A DNA stretch of 64,000 nucleotides, taken from positions 360,530-424,529 of IMG/VR virus record IMGVR_UViG_3300017565_000001. One strand, given 5' to 3'. Source of the DNA: a virus. Lineage: Duplodnaviria > Heunggongvirae > Uroviricota > Caudoviricetes. Each line of letters begins with the position of its first letter. The stretch's first letter is position 1. Shown here piece by piece: positions 1-10,462 of the stretch. The position numbers were made by a program, and so were the translations under genes. The notes under the pieces are model-generated. The model saw only the letters and a list, made by a program, of their open reading frames with translations, was not told the origin of the DNA and searched no databases.

Positions 1-3000
1 AACACACGAGAACCGAAAATGCCACCAGCAGTAACACCGATGTTGATTTCATCATCCAGACGGTTCACGGTAACAGTGCTAGATGGAACTGCGACACCTT
101 GGCGATCCAGGAGTGAATAAACGCCATGTACCAGCTGTTCGACGTTTTGCACCGTACCGTGATCTGTCGTGAACTTAACTGAAGTTGATGCGGGGCTCAA
201 AGCAATAAACGTGCCCGCTTCCCATTGTGCTTGAGTCCAGTACAAGAATTCTTGTGCCGAGTAGCGGAAGTCTTTGATGACGTTTGCTTCGTTGTCATAA
301 TAGTCAAATACCCAGCCATCATTCTCTAGATTCTTCTGGTAACCACTGAGGAAGTCGGCGATGTCTTGGCGTGAATAGAACTCAGTGCCATAAGGAACAG
401 TGTCAACGAAATCTTCATGATCTTTATGCCAGATCAGGGAACTTGCTGGGCTGAACTTACCCGTGGACTCAGGAGTCCAGAAGTTTTGCTCAAATGCTCT
501 ACCACTTGTGTGTGATTTGATACAACGGTAATTGGTACCGTTGTATTGAACCAGAACACCTGATTGGTAATACGTGTCAACACGCCAGTCAACGGCGGAA
601 GGACCATCGTCACCGATAGAAATCTTAAATTTGCGGCCGGTTTCTCTGATAGGATTGATGGTGAATACTGGATTTACCACGTCGTAACCGAATACGCGCC
701 AACCCTTACCCGTCCACTCAACAATCACACCACCATAAAATTCTTCCCTAATGCTAGGGGAGCGATACAGTGCAATGTTGACGTCTTCCTGAGGGACCAG
801 ACCTGAGTTCTCAGTGAATGCCTTTACGCTTGCTGGATCAACAAAACCACCCAGCTTGTGAGCAATGTTTGCACTCAGAGAGCGAACTTTATTACCGAAC
901 GACGTTGTGACGTTTGCTCCTTGCGAACGCAGATAGTCACCAATCCATACTTGAACACCCAGTACACGAGTTGCGGTGGTACCAGTCATTTCATTGTGAA
1001 CCAGTGACTTCAAGTCGGCGGCGCGGTTCTTGGTCTTACTGCTGAACCATTGTTCAAACGCAAATGTTTCGTCACCAGCCACCCAATTGCTTTCAACAAA
1101 TCGAGCAGGCTTCATCAAGTAACTCAAGTGAGGGATCGTGAAGCTGGCCGAATAACTATTCCACCACATCATTTCGATTGGGGAACCATCACCAAAAGCC
1201 CATGGATTGCCGTACTTTTGCAAACCCGTATCCAACACGATGCCGGCTTCAACTGGATTCAACAGGTTACCCTGATCATCAACTGGAATGAAACGCGCCG
1301 CCGATGCTCGAGCATAGGTTTCGTTAGCTTCTCCGTTTGGATCAGCTTGGCCATTTTCGATAGCTGCAATCAAGGAAGCGCGTTTGGCGCTGTCCGTCCA
1401 TGAGTACAGTGCATCCCAGAAGCTTGGCTTGCTTGTGTAGCCAAACATCTCCCAGGGGTGCGTGTGGGGACGATCAGTGTCAAAGTAATGACGGTAGATA
1501 CCACGCCAGTAGCCTGGCAGTGCTTCACCATCAACATCCAGCAAAGTATTGTAGTTCCAAGTGAACGGATCATTTGCAACATACAATTCATTCTTGCGAT
1601 AGTTGTAGCCGTTTTGAGCAGCCCAACGTTCAAACATTGGACGTGCCACTTGGTTGAGCTCGTCACGTGAGTAATCACGTGTGCGGAACTTACCAGAAGT
1701 GTAAACAGTCAGATCAAATATTGGGCGCTCACTCTTGAACTTGTTGTTGGTGCTGTCGTAAATCATGCGTTCCAACGTCAAAGTCACAACGTCGCGACCG
1801 CTGAATACGATTTGATTCGTATCAACATCAAAAGTGGAAGTACCGCGAGTCAAACTACCATCATGGCCGCGCAACAGAACAGTGCCATTTTCAACGAAGA
1901 TTTCGGGAACCCACAACGGGCTCATACCCAAATACGCGCCGGTGGCGGGAATGTAGTATTCACCAATAACACCAGTGTTGGCAAAAGGAAAATCAGGCGT
2001 CTTAGCTGATTTCAACATCGTCAGCAATTGCAAGACGGTTGATTCTGGATCAACAATGGAATTTGAATTAGCCCAACTATTCAAAGCTTGGTTGAACTTG
2101 TTGCGGAAGCGCAAATATTCGCGTTCATTGTAAATCGTAGATTTCTGGAAGTCCAAAGCTGAATTGCTGCAAAGAAGCATAGTCTTCAACAATGGGCTAC
2201 GATGTTGCAGGATAGAACGACCCAAACTCAAGTCAAAGAAGTCACTATCCTTCGTCCAGTCATTACCTTCACGAACAACCTTGAAGTGGTTATTCCATTC
2301 GTTGGATGAGATCGTGGTGATTTCTTGATTCAGTGGGTTGGCTTGAAGATTGAATGGGATGGCGTAGAAACCATCAGCATTCTTATCTTGGTACGAACGA
2401 CCTGCAGGTTGCCACACTGAATGCAGCGTATCCTCACCGCCTTCAACCAAATCATAGAACTTCAAACCATCAACGGTTCCACTCTGATACGTGATAACAT
2501 CGGTGTTGATATGGTTGGTAAACTCCAGACTACCATATTTGTTGCGGCTGACATCGATCCCCAGGATCTTGTCCTGTAGGGTTCCACGCTTGTATGCGAA
2601 GATCTTGCTGCCACGGAATGTAGTACCGGGCAGTTCTGACAGCATACGCCCTTGTGTGTCAAACAGTTCAAACAATGGCTCACTGCCATCATTCCATTGC
2701 TGTGTGACCCAATTGGAACCGTCAAACCACCACGACTGTGCTTCGTCAATCAAAGCAACCGAGTCATAACGTTCTGGCATAGGTACTGTTGCGGCATCTT
2801 CCAAAGAAGTTAGACGCATACCATATTCCCAGTACTCATCGTTTGGGACATCCCAGTTGCTGAGTTCCAGATCAACGCCAACGCCATCCCATTCCATGGA
2901 ATTAGTCAACACTTCACCAGTCAGAATCTTCTTTTCAGCATTTGCTTGGGAGTTACGATTCACCAAGATGCGGATAGTGTTGGTGCCAGTTTGACCAATA

Positions 3001-4328
3001 GGTGGGAAGGTGATACCACGAACCCCACCGGTAATTGCCATCAAACCAACATCCATTTGTCCGATCATTGAGTACGGAGTATCCGAAGGATCATCCCAGC
3101 GGGCATTAACGTCCTGAAGACCATTAAATCCGTGATTGACCAAACGCAAGCTCTTATGAAACTCGATAATTGGACGAATAGCTTGGGTGGGCTGGTAATC
3201 CTCATGTGCAAAGAACATGAGGTCCTTGTGATACCAATGATTGGTGCGGCTCCAACGGTTAACGTTTTCGGCACCCTGCTCAATGGTCCAATACATGGGT
3301 TCTTCTACCCGAACTCCGGTTTGTGTCGGGGCGATCAAATCCAACAAACCATTTTCGTCACGAATGACCTGGTATACGTTGAATCCATTGTTGTCCTTGA
3401 TTGCAACACTCATTCCAGCACGCAAAGGAGGCGCATTTTCCACCAAAGATGGACCGTAGGTGACAGTCTTCGTGCCACCTGAAGTCTCAATCTGAGTGGT
3501 GATGTAGCCGTACACTTGAACGGGGTGCAGATACTCTGCCTTACCCACGATGTTTTGTGTATAGTTGGCATTAGACCAGATCTCGATTACATCACCAGCA
3601 GGCCATGCACCGCTGAACACAACGTTAGCGCCCATGATGGTAAAACCGTTGTCCTGGTTCCCATCAACAGTTGGACCACCCGTGTTGCCATCCAGAACTC
3701 CATTCTGATCGTCGTTGCCGTCAACCACACCTTCGTTCGTGACTGGTACACCATTACGATGAATCACATAGTCGACCACCATGCCCGGAATAGCCGTAGG
3801 CAGGGGGTAAACAGTTTGGAACCCATCAGAAACAGTATATGAATAGAATGGGTTATCATTCGTACCATTACCATCGTCATCACGGAAACCCAAGTCAAAC
3901 AACATGACTGGGGGACCATCAGGCAACCAATAGTAGTCACGGTAACGAGTCAGCTTGTCGATGTTGATTGGAGGACACCAGCTGTAAAAGTCGGTCTCCA
4001 ACAAACGTTCATGATTTTCAGTAATAGCACCTTGGAATCGCAGTTGATTGATCAGGTCTGGATAGAACAACAGATCTTCAAATGTACCATCGGTTGCTTT
4101 CGTGGTCATGGCAGGTTCAAGCTGATAGAATTCCCGATCAGCGTTGATTTCACTCTTGTAAAAGTCTTTCGAGGGGTCGAAATACGAAGGCTTTCGACCA
4201 ATGAAAGCATTTACGCTTTGGGTCTCGCCCGGTTGAAACACCTGATCCACTGTCGCATTGAAAAACTTCTGAAGCGTAGTGGTTTGGTGAATAACCGGAA
4301 GTTGCGAGATGAAACGTCTTTTTGCCAT
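1..4328 (-). CDS. Very large baseplate wedge/structural protein (gp7-position), truncated at window start (>1440 aa)
   Basis: Not in the ORF track because it runs off the window. ATG at 4328 overlaps the gp6-like stop (TAATG). Reads MAKRRFISQLPVIHQTTTLQKFFNATVDQVFQ... and the same frame is coding-like at positions 1-59 (LDDEINIGVTAGGIFGSRV). Follows gp25-gp6. Only the ends were translated. Confidence 0.7.
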   Translation of the reverse strand, partial: MAKRRFISQLPVIHQTTTLQKFFNATVDQVFQPGETQSVNAFIGRKPSYFDPSKDFYKSEINADREFYQLEPAMTTKATDGTFEDLLFYPDLINQLRFQGAITENHERLLETDFYSWCPPINIDKLTRYRDYYWLPDGPPVMLFDLGFRDDDGNGTNDNPFYSYTVSDGFQTVYPLPTAIPGMVVDYVIHRNGVPVTNEGVVDGNDDQNGVLDGNTGGPTVDGNQDNGFTIMGANVVFSGAWPAGDVIEIWSNANYTQNIVGKAEYLHPVQVYGYITTQIETSGGTKTVTYGPSLVENAPPLRAGMSVAIKDNNGFNVYQVIRDENGLLDLIAPTQTGVRVEEPMYWTIEQGAENVNRWSRTNHWYHKDLMFFAHEDYQPTQAIRPIIEFHKSLRLVNHGFNGLQDVNARWDDPSDTPYSMIGQMDVGLMAITGGVRGITFPPIGQTGTNTIRILVNRNSQANAEKKILTGEVLTNSMEWDGVGVDLELSNWDVPNDEYWEYGMRLTSLEDAATVPMPERYDSVALIDEAQSWWFDGSNWVTQQWNDGSEPLFELFDTQGRMLSELPGTTFRGSKIFAYKRGTLQDKILGIDVSRNKYGSLEFTNHINTDVITYQSGTVDGLKFYDLVEGGEDTLHSVWQPAGRSYQDKNADGFYAIPFNLQANPLNQEITTISSNEWNNHFKVVREGNDWTKDSDFFDLSLGRSILQHRSPLLKTMLLCSNSALDFQKSTIYNEREYLRFRNKFNQALNSWANSNSIVDPESTVLQLLTMLKSAKTPDFPFANTGVIGEYYIPATGAYLGMSPLWVPEIFVENGTVLLRGHDGSLTRGTSTFDVDTNQIVFSGRDVVTLTLERMIYDSTNNKFKSERPIFDLTVYTSGKFRTRDYSRDELNQVARPMFERWAAQNGYNYRKNELYVANDPFTWNYNTLLDVDGEALPGYWRGIYRHYFDTDRPHTHPWEMFGYTSKPSFWDALYSWTDSAKRASLIAAIENGQADPNGEANETYARASAARFIPVDDQGNLLNPVEAGIVLDTGLQKYGNPWAFGDGSPIEMMWWNSYSASFTIPHLSYLMKPARFVESNWVAGDETFAFEQWFSSKTKNRAADLKSLVHNEMTGTTATRVLGVQVWIGDYLRSQGANVTTSFGNKVRSLSANIAHKLGGFVDPASVKAFTENSGLVPQEDVNIALYRSPSIREEFYGGVIVEWTGKGWRVFGYDVVNPVFTINPIRETGRKFKISIGDDGPSAVDWRVDTYYQSGVLVQYNGTNYRCIKSHTSGRAFEQNFWTPESTGKFSPASSLIWHKDHEDFVDTVPYGTEFYSRQDIADFLSGYQKNLENDGWVFDYYDNEANVIKDFRYSAQEFLYWTQAQWEAGTFIALSPASTSVKFTTDHGTVQNVEQLVHGVYSLLDRQGVAVPSSTVTVNRLDDEINIGVTAGGIFGSRV

Positions 4329-7300
4329 TATGAGATCCTAAGGTTGGCCATTGTGTTGCCGTCGATGATTACAACGTCTTCGACTTGTGCTGTACTTATA
4401 AAGACTTCGTCTGTATCGCAGCGGACTTCGAAGAGTTCACCGAATTTGCCATTATCAGCTAGGGGAACGATCACTACAGAACTGATTGCAGCCGCCAATC
4501 GAATGTGCAAATATGCTGCCAGCTCGGTGTAGTAGAAGGTTTCCCCAAATTCCCACTTATTTACGTCAAAATAATCATTGATCGCCTGGATTACTCGTGA
4601 GCGAATTTCACCGTCACTCAACGAGGTATTGGGTAGACGAACGATCTTGAATTGTGCTTGTACCTCAGGACGTGCCTGGCTACCAAACAGATACTTGTAT
4701 TTGACTGGACGCCATACCAACTGATCACTGAACATTTTGTATTGTTCAAAGTCCTGGAAGGTGTTCTTCAAATCCAAGTCTGATGGTGCGGCAGGAATAT
4801 CGTCTTCCGGAGTGCCATCTTTAATCCATTGGCGAGTCAGGAAGTCATACTCAGAAGTCAGAACAAAAATGTCGATGATGTTCGTGACAGCTGGGTCAAT
4901 ACGAACATCGGAACCAGCGAAGTGGTCCCATTGGAACCGCAAGCTGCTACGACCCATCTCATAAACCAAAGACTCATCAACTGATGGCTCGTAAGCATTC
5001 AGAGATTCATTCCAAGTATAGAAGCCACGAGTGGAATCATTAGCTTGGGTACTTCCCTTCACAAAAACATCAGCCCCGTTGTAATTGGTTGGTAGCGTTG
5101 TGAACTGCTTAATATCCGAACGCGGATTCAACTTCTGGAAAATGTCCTGCAGGTCCTTTTGGAACAATGCAAAGTCCAGAGGTTGAGAACTGCCATATTC
5201 GATATTGGCCACATAATCAAAGCTGTCTGGCACATCAACTACACCATCGGCATCAGAATCCGTGGGGACTACCACTACCTTGCGGAAGTCCGCGAGTCCG
5301 TCAGGATCGTAAACATTATCCACGATATCAAATGTCACGCTTTCAGCCTTACGACCATCGACTTCGTATTCAGGCCATACGATTTTGATTGCATCACGAC
5401 GGTCAACACCTGACTTGCTATCAAGAACTTTGTGATTCTTCAAATCATGCCAGCGCACATCAGCAACACTCTCAAATACGTATCTGGTGCCGATGGCTGT
5501 TTCAAAGCTCCAGAATAATCCACCGTTATATGAGCCACTTAGCACCACAATGGCAGAGCCTTCAGGAGCTGGTTCACTTGGTTCCTGAATGTGCCATTGC
5601 CCAGCAAGAATCAAGGTCGAATACGACAGAATGCTTTGTTGATCAATCACATACCAGAGTTTGAATGGCTTCTTCAACGAGATAAATTCTTCCAGCTTTT
5701 GAACTTCACTGCTAGTACCCAGATCATCACGTTCCATTTCTCGGGTATCGAGAGTTGCTCGATATGGTGGAACGATCAAACGCATCACCGCACCATCAGG
5801 AATGGATTCGTCCAATGTTACTGGCTCAAGCTGCGGGTTTGTTAGATCAGTACTGAATACACAAGAAGTCGTGCTGGAGTTCAGTTTGGTGGTCATTACT
5901 TTGGCCCAACCAATCATGGTCTCGCCGTCAACTTGCCATTCAAACTTGATCTTGGCGTTAGGGCTGAGGAATTTCTGAACTGCATCGCGATCGGCTTGTG
6001 GTGCATCACTCCAAGGAGCCCCAGTATATGGACAGTATGCATCAGTTTGATTCCCACTGGCATCAAAATAACCTACCGAACTAGTGCCATCACTACGCAC
6101 CGACTTCCATTGGAAATTGTCATGGCTGAAGTGAGTCCCAAAAGAATCAACATTGGCCAACGTGTAATCCAAGAAATAGCTCTTCACATTGGGGTGTTCC
6201 AACATGGGTTGAATCTTCTTGGATACCATCTGTTCTGGGGAATAGTTGGCACTCAATGATACCTGGGTGTATTGATTCGCATTGAATTCCTTGTACAAAA
6301 TACCGTCTTGAGACAGAACCGTCGTATCCTGCAGAGTTGCCGTAGGATCATTGATATCAATGAAACGACTGTGGCCGCTGTAAACACGGTTTACAGCACG
6401 CATTTTCACAATTTCATTCGAACTCAGCGGGAATACGTTGTAGTCTTCACCGCTAACCATACGGTTTTGCGTGCCATAAACTTGTGGCGCCCGTTCACGA
6501 ATCTGGTCGATAGTTTCAGAGGCCAAAGCATTGCTTACGGTTTCCTGCAGGCTGAATTTGATAGTCAGATCCTGTGAACGGCCATAGGTATCCACATATG
6601 GAATAGTTACTGTGATGTTTTCCATATCACGAGGACGAATCTGATATTGACGACCATTTACCGTACGGAACCACACCTTCAAGTTACCGATAGGCACTGC
6701 GCCAAAACGACCATCCGAGAAGCGCAATGACACGGTGTCATCGTCTCTGGTGATTACGCTGAAGATGTCACGAACGTTTGCATCAATTTCGTTGAATGTG
6801 ATATTTTGGCTGAAGATTGCAGGTACTTTGGTCCAATTAACAGTCACATTGTTGCTGTCATCGAGTGTTTGGAACCATACGTCAGTTTCACTGATGTTAT
6901 TGGTGTCAATGTCGATAAGACGGTTTTCAATAGGGTTGACGATGGTGTAATTTTGTTGGTTGATGCTTCCCTGCTTGAAAAACAGGAAAAATCCAGTACG
7001 AGTGCTCGCATTGCCCTTGCCGTCGTTACGGTATAGCATGTGGAAACTATTGGCTGGGTCTGGAGTGCGTTCGCTAAAACCAACTTCATCCTCAAAGTCA
7101 ACGTTCACTAGCTCAAATTGCTCATTCGAACCATCAACTACCGCCCCAAAAGAGTAAACGCAATTGGGGTTACGGGCCGTATTCATCGCATACAATTGAG
7201 TAGTAGCGCCACCAAGTGTGCCACTCTTCAACGGAACGCCGTAGGGGTTGATTGATGGGAAGGTAGCATTCAGAACCAGAGTGAATTGCTCCATCCAATC

Positions 7301-7750
7301 AGGATTGTCCGGATCGTTCCATTTCACCGATGTGTTGTTGAGGTTCACACCAAAGCTGTCAACCACACTCTGTGTGGTCCTGACTTCTGTAATCTTCACC
7401 ATACCCCTGGCTGATTGCGCTCTACGGGGGTTGTAGGACAGGAATCGAGCAAGACGCAGAACTGATTCACGAGCCTGTGCCACTTCCAGGAAGTTTTCTC
7501 TGGCGTTCACGTCTGTGCGGAATGCCAAACTACCAGCAAGCCAGCTCAAGAGATCGATAATTGCTACGAATTCAGATGATTCAATCCAGTCATTGAAATC
7601 TTCTGGATAGTTTGTCTGAATGTACTGACGCAGTGCTGCGTTGATGCTTTGGGGATCATACGCATTGAAGTTAATCTGGTTAAACGCTCGGTACAGGACA
7701 GTCCAGTCCTCACCAGAAAATAGTTCAGTTTGGCGGAGTGCTTGACTCAT
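4328..7750 (-). CDS. Baseplate wedge subunit, T4 gp6-like
   Basis: 1140 aa; N-terminal FNDWIESSEFVAIIDLL...FLEVAQARESVLRLARFLSY, FSDGRFG and QNRMVSGEDY motifs typical of gp6/baseplate J family; directly after gp25-like gene. Confidence 0.85.
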   Translation of the reverse strand: MSQALRQTELFSGEDWTVLYRAFNQINFNAYDPQSINAALRQYIQTNYPEDFNDWIESSEFVAIIDLLSWLAGSLAFRTDVNARENFLEVAQARESVLRLARFLSYNPRRAQSARGMVKITEVRTTQSVVDSFGVNLNNTSVKWNDPDNPDWMEQFTLVLNATFPSINPYGVPLKSGTLGGATTQLYAMNTARNPNCVYSFGAVVDGSNEQFELVNVDFEDEVGFSERTPDPANSFHMLYRNDGKGNASTRTGFFLFFKQGSINQQNYTIVNPIENRLIDIDTNNISETDVWFQTLDDSNNVTVNWTKVPAIFSQNITFNEIDANVRDIFSVITRDDDTVSLRFSDGRFGAVPIGNLKVWFRTVNGRQYQIRPRDMENITVTIPYVDTYGRSQDLTIKFSLQETVSNALASETIDQIRERAPQVYGTQNRMVSGEDYNVFPLSSNEIVKMRAVNRVYSGHSRFIDINDPTATLQDTTVLSQDGILYKEFNANQYTQVSLSANYSPEQMVSKKIQPMLEHPNVKSYFLDYTLANVDSFGTHFSHDNFQWKSVRSDGTSSVGYFDASGNQTDAYCPYTGAPWSDAPQADRDAVQKFLSPNAKIKFEWQVDGETMIGWAKVMTTKLNSSTTSCVFSTDLTNPQLEPVTLDESIPDGAVMRLIVPPYRATLDTREMERDDLGTSSEVQKLEEFISLKKPFKLWYVIDQQSILSYSTLILAGQWHIQEPSEPAPEGSAIVVLSGSYNGGLFWSFETAIGTRYVFESVADVRWHDLKNHKVLDSKSGVDRRDAIKIVWPEYEVDGRKAESVTFDIVDNVYDPDGLADFRKVVVVPTDSDADGVVDVPDSFDYVANIEYGSSQPLDFALFQKDLQDIFQKLNPRSDIKQFTTLPTNYNGADVFVKGSTQANDSTRGFYTWNESLNAYEPSVDESLVYEMGRSSLRFQWDHFAGSDVRIDPAVTNIIDIFVLTSEYDFLTRQWIKDGTPEDDIPAAPSDLDLKNTFQDFEQYKMFSDQLVWRPVKYKYLFGSQARPEVQAQFKIVRLPNTSLSDGEIRSRVIQAINDYFDVNKWEFGETFYYTELAAYLHIRLAAAISSVVIVPLADNGKFGELFEVRCDTDEVFISTAQVEDVVIIDGNTMANLRIS

Positions 7751-7752
7751 AA

Positions 7753-8136
7753 TTAATATCCTTGTTCCGTCTGTCTTGTTTCAAAGTTAACCGTAAACAC
7801 ATCAACCACATCCAGGGGCACATACAGAAGCGTGATGCTCACTTGAATTGCATTGTGGGTGGTTTGAACGTCGGGGGAACCCTGCAGTCTAACCCTTGAA
7901 TCACTTTCGCAAATACGAATAGCTTCTTGTTGGACTGCATTTTTGATGTAGTCGGTGAATGGTTCCATCAGGTAATCCCAGATACGGCAGCCGTACTCTG
8001 GTCGCATCACTCGCTCACCTATACGAGTGTTGAAGTGATTGAGCAAATCTTGCTTGATGAGCTCAAGATCGTACATCTTGAAGCTCTTAGCTTGCGTGCT
8101 TCCTACAGTGCTGAATCCAGTGAAAATTGCGCTCAT
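7753..8136 (-). CDS. Baseplate wedge subunit, gp25-like
   Basis: 127 aa; IKQDLLNHFNTRIGERVMRPEYGC motif of the GPW/gp25 family. Confidence 0.9.
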   Translation of the reverse strand: MSAIFTGFSTVGSTQAKSFKMYDLELIKQDLLNHFNTRIGERVMRPEYGCRIWDYLMEPFTDYIKNAVQQEAIRICESDSRVRLQGSPDVQTTHNAIQVSITLLYVPLDVVDVFTVNFETRQTEQGY

Positions 8137-8158
8137 GGGAGTTCCATTGTTATCGATG

Positions 8159-8190
8159 TATTTATTCGTCCCATAAACTACGTAGATAAT
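8159..8190 (-). promoter_or_regulatory. Late promoter (ATAAATA, 8159-8165) plus upstream 18-bp pseudo-palindrome (8173-8190)
   Basis: TAAATA core resembles T4 late TATAAATA; ATAAACT-ACGT-AGATAAT lies 7 bp upstream. Confidence 0.65.
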
Positions 8191-8205
8191 AGTTACGTGT
8201 TCGCT

Positions 8206-8234
8206 TTGACTTGTAAACGTGGCGGTAATACTTT
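8206..8234 (+). promoter_or_regulatory. Sigma70-type promoter
   Basis: TTGACT-N17-TACTTT upstream of AAGGAG RBS and ORF 8250. Confidence 0.55.
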
Positions 8235-8249
8235 GTCCCTAAGGAGAAC

Positions 8250-8558
8250 ATGATGAGTAGTTACACGGTTTTCAGTAGGATCCCGGGGTATGTGGCTCAC
8301 GTTGGCTGGGATGCCTTGGGACAAACTTATTTCGCCTCAATCAAAGAGCTTGATGAAAACGAAGATGAACCCGACATTCAATTCTTGGTGGGTTCGTGGA
8401 TGGATGATTCCTGTGATCGAGCAGATGAGCTCGTGAGGAAAACGATGGCTTATATGGTGATCCCCGATCACGTCCTAGAGGCTGTAATCAGGGATCGAAT
8501 GCAGGATCCTGCTCCTGTGGGTATCATCTTTATTACTGACACCCCGTCATACCATTAA
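8250..8558 (+). CDS. Hypothetical protein inserted antisense within the baseplate block
   Basis: 102 aa, AAGGAG RBS, own sigma70-like promoter. Confidence 0.7.
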   Translation: MMSSYTVFSRIPGYVAHVGWDALGQTYFASIKELDENEDEPDIQFLVGSWMDDSCDRADELVRKTMAYMVIPDHVLEAVIRDRMQDPAPVGIIFITDTPSYH

Positions 8559-10462
8559 GCTGTGGGGTTGTATCCCCTGTAGGCGATTGAACGCGGCTCA
8601 ATGAAGTTGCGGAAATAGGCCGTGATAGCCCCTACGGTCTTGGGAGAACCTTTGTCGAAAAAGATCCAAGGGTTCGCATTCGCCGCGTCTGAACCAGCAA
8701 CTGAAACACCCGTTGCTGAACTATCCCCTAGGATCAATTTTGCGGCTGTTCTAGGGCCTGCAAAGTGAGCCATGTACAGGTGAGTGTTCGTAGGGCTTGC
8801 AACCCCATATCGCCTAAGAGCAGCACCGTTTTCTTTTGTAAGAAATGCAGCCATTAATGCGTTAGCGTATGGATCAAAACGATTATTGGGGATGTTGTAA
8901 CGAGATCCATAGTTATTGTAGAGGTTGTCCCAAGTTGCGTTGAGGATCTGATACAAGCCCTTAGCTGATGAGTAAGGCTTGCCAGTCTTCTTGTTCATTG
9001 GGATAGCGTTGGGGTTGAAGCTACTTTCCTTTTCGGCCATAGCCATCATAAAGCCAAAGTCAACGCCGACCACTTCACTAGCTCGACGAATCGCAGCAAC
9101 CACGTCCTCAGAAACATTAAAGGCGCCAATCTTTACCTTCTTGGCTTCTGCTTCTGCATCATATTCGACATCTTTCACTTCACCATCTCCAGTTCGTTGT
9201 TCTTTTGTTTGTGGAGCACTTTCAATTGGAGTATTGGGTGGAACGTCCGTCAACTGATCACCTGTACCCCTAATGGCAGCCGTTTGCCCCGGAATATCCC
9301 CTTGTGGGGGATCTGTGTTGTTGGTCTTGGGGTGACCATTCCATGGCTCATGCGTGGGCATTACACTCACAGTCACATCAACGGTACCCTTACGGTCGGA
9401 TCTAGTGAATGTGCCGGGAGTCGTGGCATCGGCTGCGTTGCCAATGTTATCGTAAATCATGCCATCTCGATAGATGGTATCAGCCTTAGTATTGTGAATT
9501 GGAGTGCTCTGATTGATCACACTCATGCCAGTTTGATGAATGCCTGCGCCCGCCCATGTCAATACATCGGCACCAGCCTTCATATTGATGTTTTGACCAG
9601 CATCCAGGTTGATATTTCGATCAGCTCTGAAGTTGAGATCTTGTTCAGCCCTAACGCTTGCACTGCCAGCCGTATAAACGTTCACACCATCATCACTCAA
9701 CTCCAACCAGGTATTACCCTTCTTGGTGTTCATGTAGATGTAGCCGTTCGTTTCATGCACAAGTATCTGGACTCCAGAACGAGTGCGGAAACGCATGTAT
9801 TCATTGGTGATGTCGTCGTCTATGTACAGTTGATGCGACCGTGGAGTCAGCAGACCATACACCTTTGATGGCGCCTCACGTCTCGCACTAGCGTCAGTGG
9901 GTCCACGTTCAAAGTCACTGTAGAGTCCTTGTGCCAACAACCCCTGATGCAACGGGGTGAAGCGTGGACGAGTGGGTGAATTGGGGGTGACGCTACCATC
10001 CTTCTTGTTGTATTCAGTGACTGGTGGCAAGATACCCTGTTGACCCTGGCTGAATGACACATTGCTGGCAACTCCAGGAACCATGTGATTCATGTTCTGT
10101 TGCCATACACATGCAAACCAGAAACCCTTTGTGGGTTCACCATTAAGGAAGGTGACCAGAACTTCGTTATTGAGATCTGGTGGTACAAACCACATACCGT
10201 AGCTAACCTGGCTACCATCCATGCTCTGTGATCCATTCACGTTTGCATCGATGTTCGACACACCTGCAAATGGGCTCGCATAGCTGACGACAAACCAACG
10301 ATCACGGTCGTTGGGATCCCCACCAAATTCAGGAATGTAAACGGCCAGACGTCCCATCTTTTGGACGTCTGTATTGCTTTTCACGATGCCAATATAGATT
10401 TTGCTGTCGTTTGGGCGACCAAATCCTGGCTCGTTATTATATCCTGGTTGCTTTTTCATCAC
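8555..10462 (-). CDS. Baseplate hub/spike protein (gp5/VgrG-like) with C-terminal lytic transglycosylase (SLT) domain
   Basis: N-terminal OB-fold pattern (DVQKMGRLAVYIP...PPDLNNEVLVTF), beta-helix-like repeats, PTHEPW, then AEKESSFNPNA...SAKGLYQI...YMAHFAG SLT motifs. Confidence 0.8.
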   Translation of the reverse strand: MMKKQPGYNNEPGFGRPNDSKIYIGIVKSNTDVQKMGRLAVYIPEFGGDPNDRDRWFVVSYASPFAGVSNIDANVNGSQSMDGSQVSYGMWFVPPDLNNEVLVTFLNGEPTKGFWFACVWQQNMNHMVPGVASNVSFSQGQQGILPPVTEYNKKDGSVTPNSPTRPRFTPLHQGLLAQGLYSDFERGPTDASARREAPSKVYGLLTPRSHQLYIDDDITNEYMRFRTRSGVQILVHETNGYIYMNTKKGNTWLELSDDGVNVYTAGSASVRAEQDLNFRADRNINLDAGQNINMKAGADVLTWAGAGIHQTGMSVINQSTPIHNTKADTIYRDGMIYDNIGNAADATTPGTFTRSDRKGTVDVTVSVMPTHEPWNGHPKTNNTDPPQGDIPGQTAAIRGTGDQLTDVPPNTPIESAPQTKEQRTGDGEVKDVEYDAEAEAKKVKIGAFNVSEDVVAAIRRASEVVGVDFGFMMAMAEKESSFNPNAIPMNKKTGKPYSSAKGLYQILNATWDNLYNNYGSRYNIPNNRFDPYANALMAAFLTKENGAALRRYGVASPTNTHLYMAHFAGPRTAAKLILGDSSATGVSVAGSDAANANPWIFFDKGSPKTVGAITAYFRNFIEPRSIAYRGYNPTA

